Made by a program: the position numbers and the translations under genes. A stretch of DNA of 64,000 bases from contig CM052822.1 of NCBI GenBank assembly GCA_028534125.1, positions 67,518,001 to 67,582,000 on the forward strand, read 5' to 3'. The stretch is from Lama glama (Eukaryota). Shown here piece by piece: positions 36,031-48,349 of this stretch. The notes beneath the pieces were generated by a model. The model was not told the DNA's origin and ran no database searches. It saw nothing but the letters and a program-made list of their open reading frames with translations. The first letter of the stretch is position 1. Each line of letters begins with the position of its first letter.

Positions 36031-36369
36031 AGGGGAATGAGGATGCCTTGGGATCCTGGGATGCGCTCTTGGAGGTCGCAGACAGGGAGCACGGCTGGCT
36101 CTTCACAGTGCTTCCTGTCGTCCCCCGGGCAGAGGCAGAGATCCGAGCAGGGCAAGACCAGGAGCTGAGGCTGCCCCTGGATGCCCTGGGCAGTCTGGAA
36201 GATTGCCTTGCTGAGGGGGGGTTCATAGATAAAAGAGTGACTTACCCCACTTGGGTTTCCTTAGGCCAGCTACAATCTATTGCTGGGAATTCAAGAGTCA
36301 CTGAGACAATAAAATGATGTTTGTGGGAACTTATTAATGTCTACCCAATGGGAACTCACCTGTTGTCAT

Positions 36370-36600
36370 TACAATACCTAACAAATATTATGTACTATGT
36401 GCCATTATAAGCACGTAATCACCTAATCCTTATAAGAACCGGGTGAGATGGGTACCATTATGTCATCACCCTATTTGACAGATGGCAAAACTGAGGCACA
36501 GGGAAATAACTTTACCAAGGTCTCACAGCTAATAAGTGATCCAGGATTCAAACAGGCTGACTGACTCTGGAGTACATAAACACTAATTGCTCACTAAACT
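36370..36600 (-). mobile_element. MIR SINE
   Basis: taatccttataagaacc...acagatggcaaaactgaggcacag...ccaaggtctcacagctaataagtg...ccaggattcaaac. Confidence 0.85.
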
Positions 36601-37594
36601 GGGGTTAAAGTCACTCCTACACTTTTGCTGGGGAGTCACCTCTCAGCCCAAGTCAGGTACTGCCATGAAGGAATGCAGACCCACTGTGGCCATATCCACT
36701 TTTTCAAGAAAAGTCACAAGGGTCCACACTGGGTTCTAGATCAAACAAATCCAGCTAAATCCCCCTGAAGCCAGCCGGCTCCTGACTTCTGCTCAACCCA
36801 TGCCATGTCTCCAGAAACATGTCTTACGAACAGGATGCTGTGGTCCATGTCCATGGACACAAGTCACTGAACATGGGCTCTGAGCAGATCAGGGGAGACT
36901 GGCAGGACATGCATATAGAAGACACCCAGGGGGCAAAGGCTGCCAGGCTGGGTGCTTCTGTGTCCGTCCAGGGTCTGTCCCCAAGGATGCAGGCTTGGTG
37001 ACTCTGTCATTCAGCAGTGATCCAGGACTCAATGAATCTAAGCATATCATCACAGAAAGCAACATCTAAGGCTCTAAGGTGGAGAAAGATGTTTGATATG
37101 TGGGGATGTAGGCTCTGTAGCATATAATCTAATTGTCCATCCTAAACCCATTAACCACACAGAATGCGCAGAACCCAAGACTACACCGTGTAGGCTGAGA
37201 AAACTGGCAGGGCAGAGGCAGGGCAAGGAGCCCGTGGCATCAAGTGGAGCCTTCCTACAGGGTCACCCCTGTACCTCAAGCTTGCAGGGAGGACTGGGCC
37301 TTTTTCTAATTTGCACAAAGGCACTATTAGCTAAACTGAGCATTCTGGGGGCTGTGTCCCCCTGGAGGAGAGACCTTTTCTAACTCACATCAAGTCCTCA
37401 TATATAGGAAGAAGACCCTGAAAAGGTTTGGAGTGCTGCTGCACTCGTCCACACATCCCCAGTTTATTCCATTTCTTTCTCTCCATCTCTTCCTCTAGTG
37501 AGAGTACAGGTGGGATTGGGCGGGGCCCAGGAATGCCGGAATTCTGCCCTGGTTCATCCACCCCTCCCTTCCTGTGGGGCTCCTGGGGGTTGGT

Positions 37595-37607
37595 ACACAT
37601 ACACACA

Positions 37608-37658
<51 letters not shown>
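37595..37658. repeat. (CA)n microsatellite; pure (AC)24 at 37611-37658
   Basis: Directly visible. Confidence 0.98.
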
Positions 37659-37660
<2 letters not shown>

Positions 37661-38059
37661 GAGAACGGCAAAGAGCACAGAGACCACCTCGGGGCAGGGA
37701 CATCAGCATCCCGAGCTCTCACTCCCCTGCCCTCCCTCTCTGCTCCCCATGCACACAAGTCCCAACTGCCAGTGCTCCTGGGAGGAAGACAGGCGAGCGC
37801 CAGGAGGCCAGGCTGCCAGAGGACTGTGCTTCAGTTTCCTCATTGGCCCCAAGCTGGGAAAGCCAGTGAGGAGAGCAAGGTCACCCAGCCCCTGGGAGCA
37901 GGAAGTGGGAGAAACAGGGCACACGACCCTTAATGGCACGGAAGCCCCACCCCCTCCTAAGTGTGGCAGAGCCAGTGCCCTGGATCCCGACCAAACAGAT
38001 TACAGCAGCTCCCTGGAGGGAAGCCAGCAGGGGCGGAGGCTCTCTCAGGCTCAGGAACA

Positions 38060-38210
38060 AGGTCTCTTTAGTTCTCACAATTTCCCCCTTCACAGATGAG
38101 GAAACTGAACTGCTTGCTAAATAAGGATGAGGAATTTGGTCAAGGTCACAGAACTAGTAAGTTGCAGAGACGGGCTTTGCACCTGAAGTAGACGCTGTGG
38201 CCTCTGCCCA
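38060..38210 (-). mobile_element. MIR SINE
   Basis: cacagatgaggaaactga...caaggtcacagaactagtaagttgcagag. Confidence 0.8.
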
Positions 38211-40469
38211 GGTTCCCCTTTGGGACGGTTAACAGCTCTGGCCCTCCCTGAAGGGACGCCTTCCCCTGGGCAGCCTGGACCAAGTCACCGTGAGGGGACT
38301 GCCCGGGTCTGTCTGGGATGCCTCTGAAGAGCCTTCCTGGGCTTCTGTTGCAGCTGCGTTGCATTTCGACACCTCCCTCCTCGTTCACAGCACACTCCCC
38401 AGGAAACGCTGTGCCTGCAAGTCTCCCTCTTAGAGCTGGCTTTGGGGGCATCCCACCTAAGTCACCCGCACCCCCACCTCTGTGAGAGGCGACCTCCCCA
38501 CCTCGAGCTTGCTAGGATGGAAAAACCAGGAATCCAAACAGGGGAAGGTGAGGCAACCAGCAGGAACACGGGCCGGGCCGGAAGTCACCACTACCCCCTA
38601 GGCTGGAGGGACACGATGTGGGGCAGTGTCACCTGAGCCCAGGATTGCCGGAGGGTCACAGCAGGTCTGTCTGGGAGAAATGGAAGCCCCTACAGGAGAC
38701 ACTCCAGAAGGTGGGAGTGTGTAGATAGGACCCTGGCTTCTCCCGTCCTGCTTGAATTTTGTGATTATAGACCACTTATGGGCACACAGAGTTAAATTTT
38801 GCACATATTTGGGTAATATTAAAATTTTAAAATATTCAGGGTCCATGGTAAAGTTTTCTTTTCAAAGGGAAACACAGCTGTATAATATGAGGGTTGGGGG
38901 GTTGGCTGGAGGATCCTCAGCCCAGCCCCAGTGCCAGCCCTCCACACCCTTAAAGGGCTAGAGTTTCTATTGCTCTGATCCCTTTTAGACTGGCGGTGAT
39001 CAGCCATAAACAGCCCTGAGAGCCAGAGGCTTTTAGAGGTAGAAGGATTCCCAGAGACTTTCTTGTTTATTCTCATTCCCAGGGCTGTTTTGTGAAGCTA
39101 GGATAATCCAGTCTATGCAGATGGCCTCCCTCATAGCTTTGGGGGACCATTCTGGGGATTGGAGACACTTTGGAGCTTTTCAGTCTCAGCCTAGATGGAT
39201 GATGGGTGATGTGTGAGGTGCGTGTGCCCAGTCTCCACCTTTGTAGTTCACAGGAGAATGGTGGTCTGGGAATGGCTTTTAAATCTAGAGGAGTCATTGG
39301 CATTGGTAATAGACTATGAATGTATTTGATTTGTATTCCAATGGAAGGCAAGCTTCTCTGGCTTGTCCCCAGGGAAGGGAAACAAGATCCAGTGGAGAGA
39401 TGAGGATGGAGGAGCCCAGCCCAGCCCAGCTCCTGGCTCCAGGGAGGCCAGACCCAGCCCTGGAGACAAGCTCTTATCAGTCGGCTGGGGACCTCGGCTG
39501 AAGGCACATCTGCTTCTGTTTATTCTTCCTCTTTATCTTAATGGGCCCCCCACCTATCCCTCCCCATCGGATACACCACCACTCGGATACACAGGTACCT
39601 CTCCCCACCCCGGGCAAAGACCAGAGACTGGGTGTCCAGGTTAAGGCTCCTCACTAAACACCACCCTAGGCTTACCTGGACCCTAAGGTCAAGGTGGAGA
39701 AGAATAAAAGGCCGAAGACCTTCTTTCTCAGAAGGAAACTGGCAAGTTGCTAGCGGCAACCCTAGCTCTAAGAGAAATGTAATTACATTTAAATTTCGGG
39801 TTACACCTAAGCTAATAACTACAACTGGAAATTCCTGTTGGCAGCAGAACGTTTTTCCTCCTTAAGAGATAATAGAGTCACTCACCCTTGAACCCAGAAC
39901 AGTCAGTTTCATGTCAGAAGGACTTTACTCAGGAGGGGCCTCTACTAGCCCACAGGGCACCTTTGTGCCATTAGAAACAGAGGCCCCTTCCTCTAGGAGT
40001 TGCAAGTCCCCCCACCTTTCCTGGCACACTCATAGCATCTCCCTCCTGCGCCTGGCTCTCCCTTCCATTATCCCTCCCTGGACAGCTCAAGCTCTAAATA
40101 GACACCTCCCCACCCCCCAAAAAAACCCATAAAAATGCTGTAGCCATGAGGAGGCTTTTACACTAACTTGGTCCAAAGTCCCACTCCAATTCATTCCATG
40201 ATATGGCTTCTGGTTGAGTTGCTAAGCACATTCCAGGCCTGACTCAGGTTATCGTGAACTGTGATTATTGGCAATTTAGAATGAACTTGAAAGTTACCAG
40301 ATTTCTCAACTATTTCTTTCTTTAAATTTTGCTAAATGCCTATTGTCTTAAAGCATGAGGTTTTTGTTTTGTTTTGTTGTTTAATTGCAGATATTATGAA
40401 GTTCAGTTCTTTTAAAGTAGTTTCTCTTTTTGTAGCCAAATTGGCAATATAGTATGGTGGTTCCCAGCT

Positions 40470-40702
40470 TGATTTTGGAATTGGAATGACCTGAGCTCTG
40501 ATTTTCACTCCTCCACTTGCTAGCTGAATGGCCCCGCACAATTTGCTTAACTCTTTCACACTCTGATTTCCTCATCTGTAAAATGGGGACATGTAAGAGT
40601 ATTTACCACAAAGAATTAGTATATGAATTAAATGAGGTGATGAATGGAAAACACTTGCAGAGTGCCTGACACAGTACCTGATGAACAGTAGCTGCCATTA
40701 AG
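40470..40702 (+). mobile_element. MIR SINE
   Basis: gcttaactct...tttcctcatctgtaaaatgggga...attaaatgag...agtgcctgacacagta. Confidence 0.85.
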
Positions 40703-41478
40703 CTTATTTTAAATGGTAAGGAAAGCAACACCTTACTAATGGGTAATTGAGAAGGATGGCCATGTTTTCTGTTCCTTGAACGTACCGCTGATCCCAAGTC
40801 TAGGGTAAGAGAAGTGAGCCTGGGGCATGAAATTGTGCCAAAAGACAAGGAAGTATTCAAAGACACGGGAGCTAGCTGGAAAGGATTCCTACTGGTCAAA
40901 TTTGAGACCATTTGAGCATCAAAATGAATAATGACTACAACTGGTAACACAATGAATAAAGCAAAATCCACGTGTTCACAGTGCTATTCAAAACAAGAGA
41001 GGAAGGAAGGGAAACACCAACTAATAGAAATGGAAGGAATGATACAATTGGAAATCACTGTTTTGCAGCCCACAATAAAATAAGTGATATAGGCAAAGAT
41101 TATCAATGGAGCCACTGGATGAAACGTTATTGGAGAGTAAGATATTTAAATTGGGTTAAAATACCACCCACAGAAGACTTACAAATTACCAAGGGGAAAT
41201 TTTCTCTCTACAGTAGAGAGATCTGGCCACCATCTAAACGAAGCAATCAAACTGAGACTTAGTGATAGTGCAACAGCTATGCACCTTCTGATGTGATATA
41301 ATCCAAAATATACAATACCACCTATGAATCATTCCTGCTAAAAGTGATTAACATGCATCTAACCAAGCTTCAAGACAGTTTACAGGAAATATGGGGATAG
41401 AGGAATGGTTAAATTACACCAAGAGAAATCAAAAAGACAAATTCACAACGTGGAACATACTATAAGACAACTGTCCTA

Positions 41479-41905
41479 TGACAAAGGCTCTCTCCTTGAC
41501 CAGGTTTCAGTAGGTTCTTTTGAACCCTCTTTCAACTAGGCCTTGATCTTGGTCCCCAGCCCCAACCCTGTCTTGGGCTTGCCCAGCACAATCTTTGCAA
41601 AGAGTCCTGCTAACTCATGTCTCCACCCTTGCTATCAGATGGCCCTTGATATCTGATCAAGTTCCTCATCTTCTAAACCCTTGACCCTTCTTTAGTGAGA
41701 ATCCTGTTAGGCCAGTTTAGCAAGATTCTCCCTGCGCCTGAAGTCTCCTGTTAGTACCTCTCCATCCACTGACTCCCTCACCTGCTCTTTGGCTGTAAAT
41801 GCCCATTTGTCCTTGTTGTATTCAGAGCTGAGCTCCCTCTCTCCCTTGTTGCAATAATCTTGCATAAAGTCTTCCTTATGGTTTGGGAAACTGTTTTCTT
41901 TAACA
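41479..41905 (+). mobile_element. MER31 (ERV1) solo LTR
   Basis: TG...CA ends; tgacaaaggctctctccttgacca...gatatctgatca...agaatcctgttaggccagtttagcaaga; 4-bp TSD ccta/cctg. Confidence 0.85.
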
Positions 41906-41924
41906 CCTGGATACTTCAAAAAAC

Positions 41925-42171
41925 TGGGTGGGGAGGGACAGATTGGGTTTTCAAAATTTGTAGATACTGACAAGCATATATAGAATAGATAAACAAGACT
42001 ATATTGTATAGCACAGGGAAATATATACAAGATCTTGTAGTAGCTCACAGTGAAAAAAATGTGACAATGAATATATGTATGTTCATGTATAACTGAAAAA
42101 TTGTGCTGTACACTGGAATTTGACACATTGTAAAATGACTATAACTCAATAAAAAATGTTAAAAATAAAAA
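41925..42171 (+). mobile_element. Young camelid L1 3' end
   Basis: agaatagataaacaaga...gtatagcacagggaaatata...aaaattgtgctgtacactggaatttgacacattgtaaaatg...aataaaaaatgttaaaa; closely matches 52480-52790. Confidence 0.85.
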
Positions 42172-42456
42172 GCTAATGTCATTTCTTAAAAGGTGAATTA
42201 CTTCAGAATAAAAGAAATTACAGAGACATAACAATCGAATGAATATAAGTTACCTTGGCTGGATCCTGACCTGACCATAAAAGAAAAAAAAAAAATCTGC
42301 AAAAATATTTTAAGGCAATTGGGTCCTTTCGATTATGCATTGGAAACTATAGAATTGTGCTTAATTCTCTTAAGTGTGATAATAATACTGATCATGAGGA
42401 GAATGTCCTTACTCCTGTGAGATGCCTGTATTTTGGTAACTCCTGTATTTAGTGGG

Positions 42457-42919
42457 TGTGTTAGTTTTCTAGAACTGCTGTAATAAATTATCCCAAACTG
42501 AGTGGTTTACAACAACAGAAATGTATCTCCTCTCAGTTCTGGAGGCGAGAAATCTCAAGTCAAGGTATCAGCAGGGTCGTGATCTGTCTTGATCCTCTAG
42601 GAGAAGATCCTTCCATGTTGCTTCCTAGCTTCTGGTGGCAGCTGGCAGTCCCTGGTGTCCCCTGGCTTATGACAGCATTAACTCCATCTCTGCCTCCATG
42701 GTCACTTGTCCATTCCTGTGTGTCTCTTCGTGACTTCAAATCTCTCTCTCCTTGTAAGGACACCAGTTATTGGGTTTAGGGCCCATCCTAATCCAGTATT
42801 CTCTCTTCCTAACTTGAGTATATCTGCAAAGACCCTACTTACAATAGGGTAACATTCACTGGTACCAGGGGTTAGGACTTCAGCCTATATTTTTGGGCAA
42901 CATAATTCAACCCACAATA
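42457..42919 (-). mobile_element. MLT1C MaLR LTR
   Basis: cagttctggagg...ctaggagaagatccttcc...gcttctggtggc...taaggacaccagttattgg...ggggttaggacttca. Confidence 0.9.
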
Positions 42920-43114
42920 AGGATAAAATGTCAGGATGGCTGAAATTTACTTTCAGATGTCTCAGCAAAAAATTTATAGCTAGAGAGAGAGAGACAAGGA
43001 AAAACAAATGGAGTGAAGTGTTAATAAATGTAGAATCGAGGTCGACGGTAAAGGGGTGAGCATTCTATTCTTTCAACTTTTCTGAATTTTCAAACTAAAC
43101 AGTTGAAGGAAAAA

Positions 43115-43265
43115 TAGATTCCTAGCAATTCCCCCATCCACAATCATGTTCTGTTTCATATATCTGGGGCAGGGTCCAGGAATATGTATTTTTAACAAGG
43201 ATTCCCATTTTTAATAAGCACTTAAAGGAGATTTTAATACACTGCTCGGGTTGAAAAACACTCCT
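43115..43265. mobile_element. MER5-type MITE
   Basis: tctggggcagggtccaggaatatgtatttttaacaag...gggttgaaaaacact. Confidence 0.65.
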
Positions 43266-43340
43266 GGATGTTATAAACTCATGTGGACATATTTAAATCA
43301 CCTGCCACCTTCTTTCTGCCAATATACTCTAAGATGTATT

Positions 43341-43453
43341 TTTTTTTTATTGTAGTATAGCTGATTTACAATATTATGCAATAATCTAAAAAATAAATAT
43401 ATGTATATACAACTTAATCTTTTTGCTGTACACCTGAAACTAACACAAGGTTG
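43341..43453 (-). mobile_element. Very short L1 insertion with 5' inversion
   Basis: Antisense polyA plus L1 3' end (43341-43380) joined to a sense upstream L1 piece (43381-43453). Confidence 0.6.
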
Positions 43454-44929
43454 TAAGGCATATTCTTTTGGGAACATAAATTTACATAAAATTAAATCAA
43501 CCAACACAGCATGCACATATATTTACACAAAGATGGTGATTGTTTCAGTGAACACTGATCAATATAACAATGTCTAACAGTTTATTATTAGATTTATATT
43601 TCACAGTTGGGAAATATATCCAAAGTAAATTTATTTCTCTTGAACGTCAGTGGGCTTCAGCTAGGGTTTCTGATGTCTCTCTGGTCTTATGTCTCTTATG
43701 GATGTACATTTTTCAAAGGTCTCTTTACTCATATTTGTTTGGGGAGGAGGCTGAAGCTCAGGCACGTGTTCAATCTGCAAGTTATAATCGGAGTCCTCAG
43801 AACCCACAGTTTTCAACTCCAGTTTTATTGAAGAAGGCTTCCTTGTCCTAATTTTACAATGGAAGTCAAGGAGAAATGTGACTTGATTCACACAGTTTGA
43901 AGACCACTTTCCAGAAATGCTTTTGGCCTGTGTGGTCAAGTCTGAGTGATCAGTCTGAGGATAACTGTCTGACCATCATGTGTGGACCGTGTATACATAA
44001 TTCAGACCCATTGCCCCAACTTTGTCCCTTCTGATGAAACATCAGTGCCCACAGACAGAGGCTTCCTCTTCTTTTACCCGGGAATAAACAGGAAGGTCTC
44101 TTGGGACTGTGGTCTCAGGACTATAGCTCTGCCCCTAATTTCTTCAGACCCTTTATGAAGAACTGAGTCATTGCAACACCCCGCTCAGCCAGCTGTCTCA
44201 GCACAAGAAAAGCTTTGCTGTGGTATGAGGTTTTGTGGGCTGCAAACTACATCTAGGTCAGCAAATTAAACTCCACAGTGTGGTTAGCAAGTCCAGCTTC
44301 ATCTAGCTAAAGGGCTGCCTGATTTCACCCTCTGGGCATTGGCTCTTCGGGTGCTTGGGATACAAGGCCCCTCTGCTGGTGTGTGAGGTACAGGGCTTTA
44401 GGCCTAAGCCCCTGGATGACACATGCCTACACTCAGAATCTTCTCTTCCCCTCCAGGGCTCCAGGGTACGCGAGAGAAACAACACTCCACCCCTGCAGAT
44501 ACTGACATGCATGTTCAAGCACTGGGACATAGTGGGGAAGGAGAGATGTATTTCTTTCTCCCTCAGTTTCACCTATTGTGTTTCTTTCCTGCCATGTTGA
44601 CCCAAACATGGGCCTTTTTTCTCAGTTTCCTTTCATGGATTTTTTTAAGAATGATTTCACAACAGATGGCCAACTGGTCTACCTAGATAAGGCTTTACAA
44701 AGAGCAGTATCTCAATGGGGTGGGGGTGGTCACCCAGGTTCAGGAACTGGGTCTCAGATTTTTAGAGGATAAAGTCTTCAGAGACTAAATCATATGAAAA
44801 ACTCAACACAACTCATCAAGTATTTGTACGAAAGCCTGATGTTCTCCGGGGCTCAGGAATAAGGAAAAAAGAAACCAGAGTAGCTGTCTTCCAGGAACTC
44901 AATTTTAACTATGAAGGAAGACCAACATT

Positions 44930-45432
44930 CTAATGGATGGCCACATCTTTTACTACCTAGCACCCGTTCGTGCTTTTCCTGGTAATAGTACCCCAAGTTC
45001 ACTCTGGGGAGAGCCCCTCCTGCATCCTTAGTCTGGGTGCTTTCAATGCCTGGCTCTAGAGCTGAGGCACAGGCTCAGGCCTGGCCACAGTGACCGGTGT
45101 AGAGATGAGCATGAAACCTAATCAAAGCCAGTGACATGCGTGAGATGTTTGCTGACACTGTTCAAGGAGAGGCTAGATGCTTCTTTGCTAGGATTACTAC
45201 CAGTGAGGATGATGTGAACCTGGAGTTGCCAAAAGCCACACGTGGAGCCCAAGAATGAGGCCAACACCACAAAAGACAGATCAGAATGAAAGAGGAAAAC
45301 TGAGCTCCTCGGTCAAGCCATTCTTGATGTTCCATACATTCCTAGTCTTCTCTGCTAATTGCCTCCATAGTTATTTCTATTTATTTAAGCTAGTTAGATG
45401 GGATTTTCTGTTTTCAGAACCAAAAAAGCTCT
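44930..45432 (+). mobile_element. MLT1K/L MaLR LTR
   Basis: ttcctggtaatagtacccc...caggcctggcca...gaatgaggccaacac...tttaagctagttagatgggattttctg. Confidence 0.75.
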
Positions 45433-45877
45433 GTGTAGTAGGTTGGATAGTGTCCCTCCCAGAATTCACATCCACCCAGAACTTCAGGATGTGACCTTAT
45501 TTGAAAACAGGGTCTTTGAAGAAGTAATTAATTCACGATGTTAAGGTGAAATCATCCTGGTTGTAGGGTACATCCCAGATCTAATGACCAGTGTCTCTAT
45601 AAGATGAGAAGAGGACAAAGAAAGACAGACACACACAAAGAAGAAAGCCATGTGAAGAGGGAGGCAGAGATGGGAGTTGTGCTGCTGAAGACCTAGGAAT
45701 GGCCGGGGCCACCAGACCTAAGAAGGGGCAAGGAAGTATCCTCCAATACAGCCTTCAGAGGGAGTGCAGCCTTTCTGACACAGTGATTTCCAACTTCTAG
45801 CCTCTAGAACTGCAAATTTTCCACTGTTTTAAGCCAGTTTGTGTATTTTGCTGTGACAGCCCCAGGAGACTAAAACA
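45433..45877 (+). mobile_element. MLT1C MaLR LTR
   Basis: atgtgaccttatttgaaaacagggtctttg...aggcaagagatgg-like aggcagagatgg...aggggcaaggaag...ttctagcctctagaactg...ttttaagcca...ctaaaaca. Confidence 0.9.
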
Positions 45878-46389
45878 CTCAAAATACGTGAAATAATTCA
45901 ATGAATGTTTATTGGTACCTCATATGCATCCCATGGGGTTTTAACGTAAAATTCAGAAAAAAAGGACATGGAGAATGTGGAGAACTATCTGAGCTGGGAC
46001 ATTATGAAGCCTGAAGAACTGTCTGCCCCACCAACCTGCCCCACCATGGGCGCCTCTGAAAGGCCCTGGAGAAACCATAGAATCCATGTTCTCCGGACTC
46101 CCCTTTTCTGGACTTCTGGCAGGACATTCTCCTAACATATGGACTTCTTTCTTCAGCAAGGAAACAAGCTCTGTTTGATATAATTGAAAATATTTCTTCT
46201 AGTTTGTTCTTTACCTTTGACTTTGTTTAGAGTGATTTTGGCCCTGCAGAGTTTTCATTTTTTACATAGTCAAATTTATTAATTTCTTTATGGCTGATTA
46301 GTTTTTCCAATTTCCCTGTGTTTTCAGCAAGTGTGCTGCAGTATGGAGTAAAATCCTTTTTTTCCGATTTTTTTTTTCTTGTGGTAAAA

Positions 46390-46676
46390 NNNNNNNNNNN
46401 NNNNNNNNNNNNNNNNNNNNNNNNNNNNNNNNNNNNNNNNNNNNNNNNNNNNNNNNNNNNNNNNNNNNNNNNNNNNNNNNNNNNNNNNNNNNNNNNNNNN
46501 NNNNNNNNNNNNNNNNNNNNNNNNNNNNNNNNNNNNNNNNNNNNNNNNNNNNNNNNNNNNNNNNNNNNNNNNNNNNNNNNNNNNNNNNNNNNNNNNNNNN
46601 NNNNNNNNNNNNNNNNNNNNNNNNNNNNNNNNNNNNNNNNNNNNNNNNNNNNNNNNNNNNNNNNNNNNNNNNNNNN
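46390..46676. other. Assembly gap
   Basis: Run of N. Confidence 1.
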
Positions 46677-46784
46677 TAGGTTTGTTTGTCTGTTTGTTGG
46701 TTTTAGAGGAGGTACTGCAGATTGAAGCCAGGACCCTGTGCATGCTAAGCATGTACTCTATCACTTGAACTATACCCTTCCCCC
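46677..46784 (-). mobile_element. vic-1-type SINE
   Basis: ggaggtactgcagattgaagccaggaccctgtgcatgctaagcatgtactctatcacttgaactatacccttcccc. Confidence 0.9.
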
Positions 46785-46859
46785 TAGCTTTCTTTTATCT
46801 TTACTATGTTTCCCTTCACTGCACTGTCATCACCTTTGTTGGATTTCCTCCCCAAAATA

Positions 46860-47110
46860 GCAGCAGTAATAGTAGCTACCATTTGCTGTGTCCAGGGAAG
46901 TACCCAGGGCTTAAGTACAATACCTCTATCTCCCCAGTACCTCTACAAGGTAGGTGATATTCTGCCCACATTACAGATGAGGAAAGTGTGGTCCAGAGAA
47001 GTTATACAAATTGCCCCAGTTAAAGTCTCATACAGTTCTTAATTGGGAGAGGGAGGAGCTGTGCTCATGTCTGTCCAAGCCAAAGCCAGGGCTCCTGCCA
47101 CAAAACCATT
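46860..47110 (-). mobile_element. MIR SINE
   Basis: ttacagatgaggaaagtg...cagagaagttatacaaattgccc. Confidence 0.75.
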
Positions 47111-47549
47111 TAGAAGTCTCATGTATATGCCCTCAGACTACAGACGGCTGATCTGGTCTCTCAAATGTTGATTATTCCTAGCGTGACCCTCACAGGGAAA
47201 ACTTATTTTCAATGACTGAATATAACTTTTTTACCTTGTACCCTAGTTACAAAATAGAGCTCTATTAATATCATCAGAGAACAAAAATAAATAGTTATTA
47301 AAAAGCAAATTCTATCCTGATGGTCAAGATTCCAGAGTCTAAGATGACTGTGGCCCCCAGGGACTCCCTGGGTCTGGTCCCTACTCCACTTTCTGCTCTC
47401 TCTCAGGCAGGTAGCCCCCACCTGCCACCTGGTCTTGTCCTAACTGCAGGAAAGCACAGAGGAGTTTGAACTTTGTCCCATTTCAACTCTTTTTCCCCGT
47501 ATGAGAGCTGTGCTTCATTCAAGGGGAGTGGAAACAATGGTGAATGATA

Positions 47550-48218
47550 CTTGCATGTCTGCTAGAGACGCCCTAATGATGTGGCTTAAATGTCAAGAGT
47601 GTTACACTTCTGGAGACTAGACATCTGAGGTCACATTCTGGTGAGGGCCTTCCTCCAGACCGCAGACTGCTGACTTCTTGCATCCTCATGCAGCAGAGAG
47701 CAGAGCAGAGCAGAGGAAGCAGGCTCTCTGGTGACGTTTATCAGGGCACCAATCCCATTCATGAGGACTCCACCCTGATGATCTCATCTAATGCTAGTTA
47801 CCTCACAGAAGCCCCACCTCCTAACACCATCTCACTGAGCATATGTAGTTTCAACATATGCATTTTGGAGCACACGAACTTTCAGTCCCCAACAGGGCTC
47901 CACCCTCATAACCTCATCCAAACCTAATTATCTCCCAAATTCTCCAACTCCAAATACCACGACCTTGGAGAGTTAAGGCTTCAACATATGAATATGGGGG
48001 AAGTGGGACAAACATTTAGTTCACAGCACATCATCTTTTCTCTCTGCTAGTCTATGTCCAAATCTCCTCTCCTTATAAAGATACTGCTCTAATGACCTCA
48101 TTTAACCTTGTTTACCTCTGTAAAGGCCCCATCTCCAAAGACAGTCACATTCTGATGTCCTGGGAGTTAGACTTTCAACATATGAATTTTGGGAGGGACA
48201 AAATTCAGCCCCAAAACA
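47550..48218 (-). mobile_element. Stack of three MLT1A/B LTR pieces
   Basis: The LTR 5'-terminal motif ttcaacatatg(a/c)at... occurs three times (about 47850, 47980, 48175). Confidence 0.85.
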
Positions 48219-48349
48219 TTACGATTTGAGCCTCACAGAAAGAAGAGATTTTTCCAAGTCTAGCATTACTAAGTCCTCTCGGGACTGTGATATCCTCAAG
48301 GGTTCCCAGATTCACCAGGTGTCTACTACCCCTACCCTCATACCTAGCA

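Larger units (their letters stand above)
40730..43115 (+). mobile_element. Old L1 (L1MC5/L1ME-type) 3' UTR carrying three later insertions
   Basis: ctggtcaaatttgagaccatttgagcatcaaaat...cagtttacaggaaatatggggatagagga...gagaatgtcctt...ttctttcaacttttctg are colinear around the inserts. Confidence 0.75.

Noticed and set aside
37385-38099. 223-aa ORF and neighbours with HT/CV repeats
   Set aside because: They read through the (CA)n microsatellite; no domain similarity.
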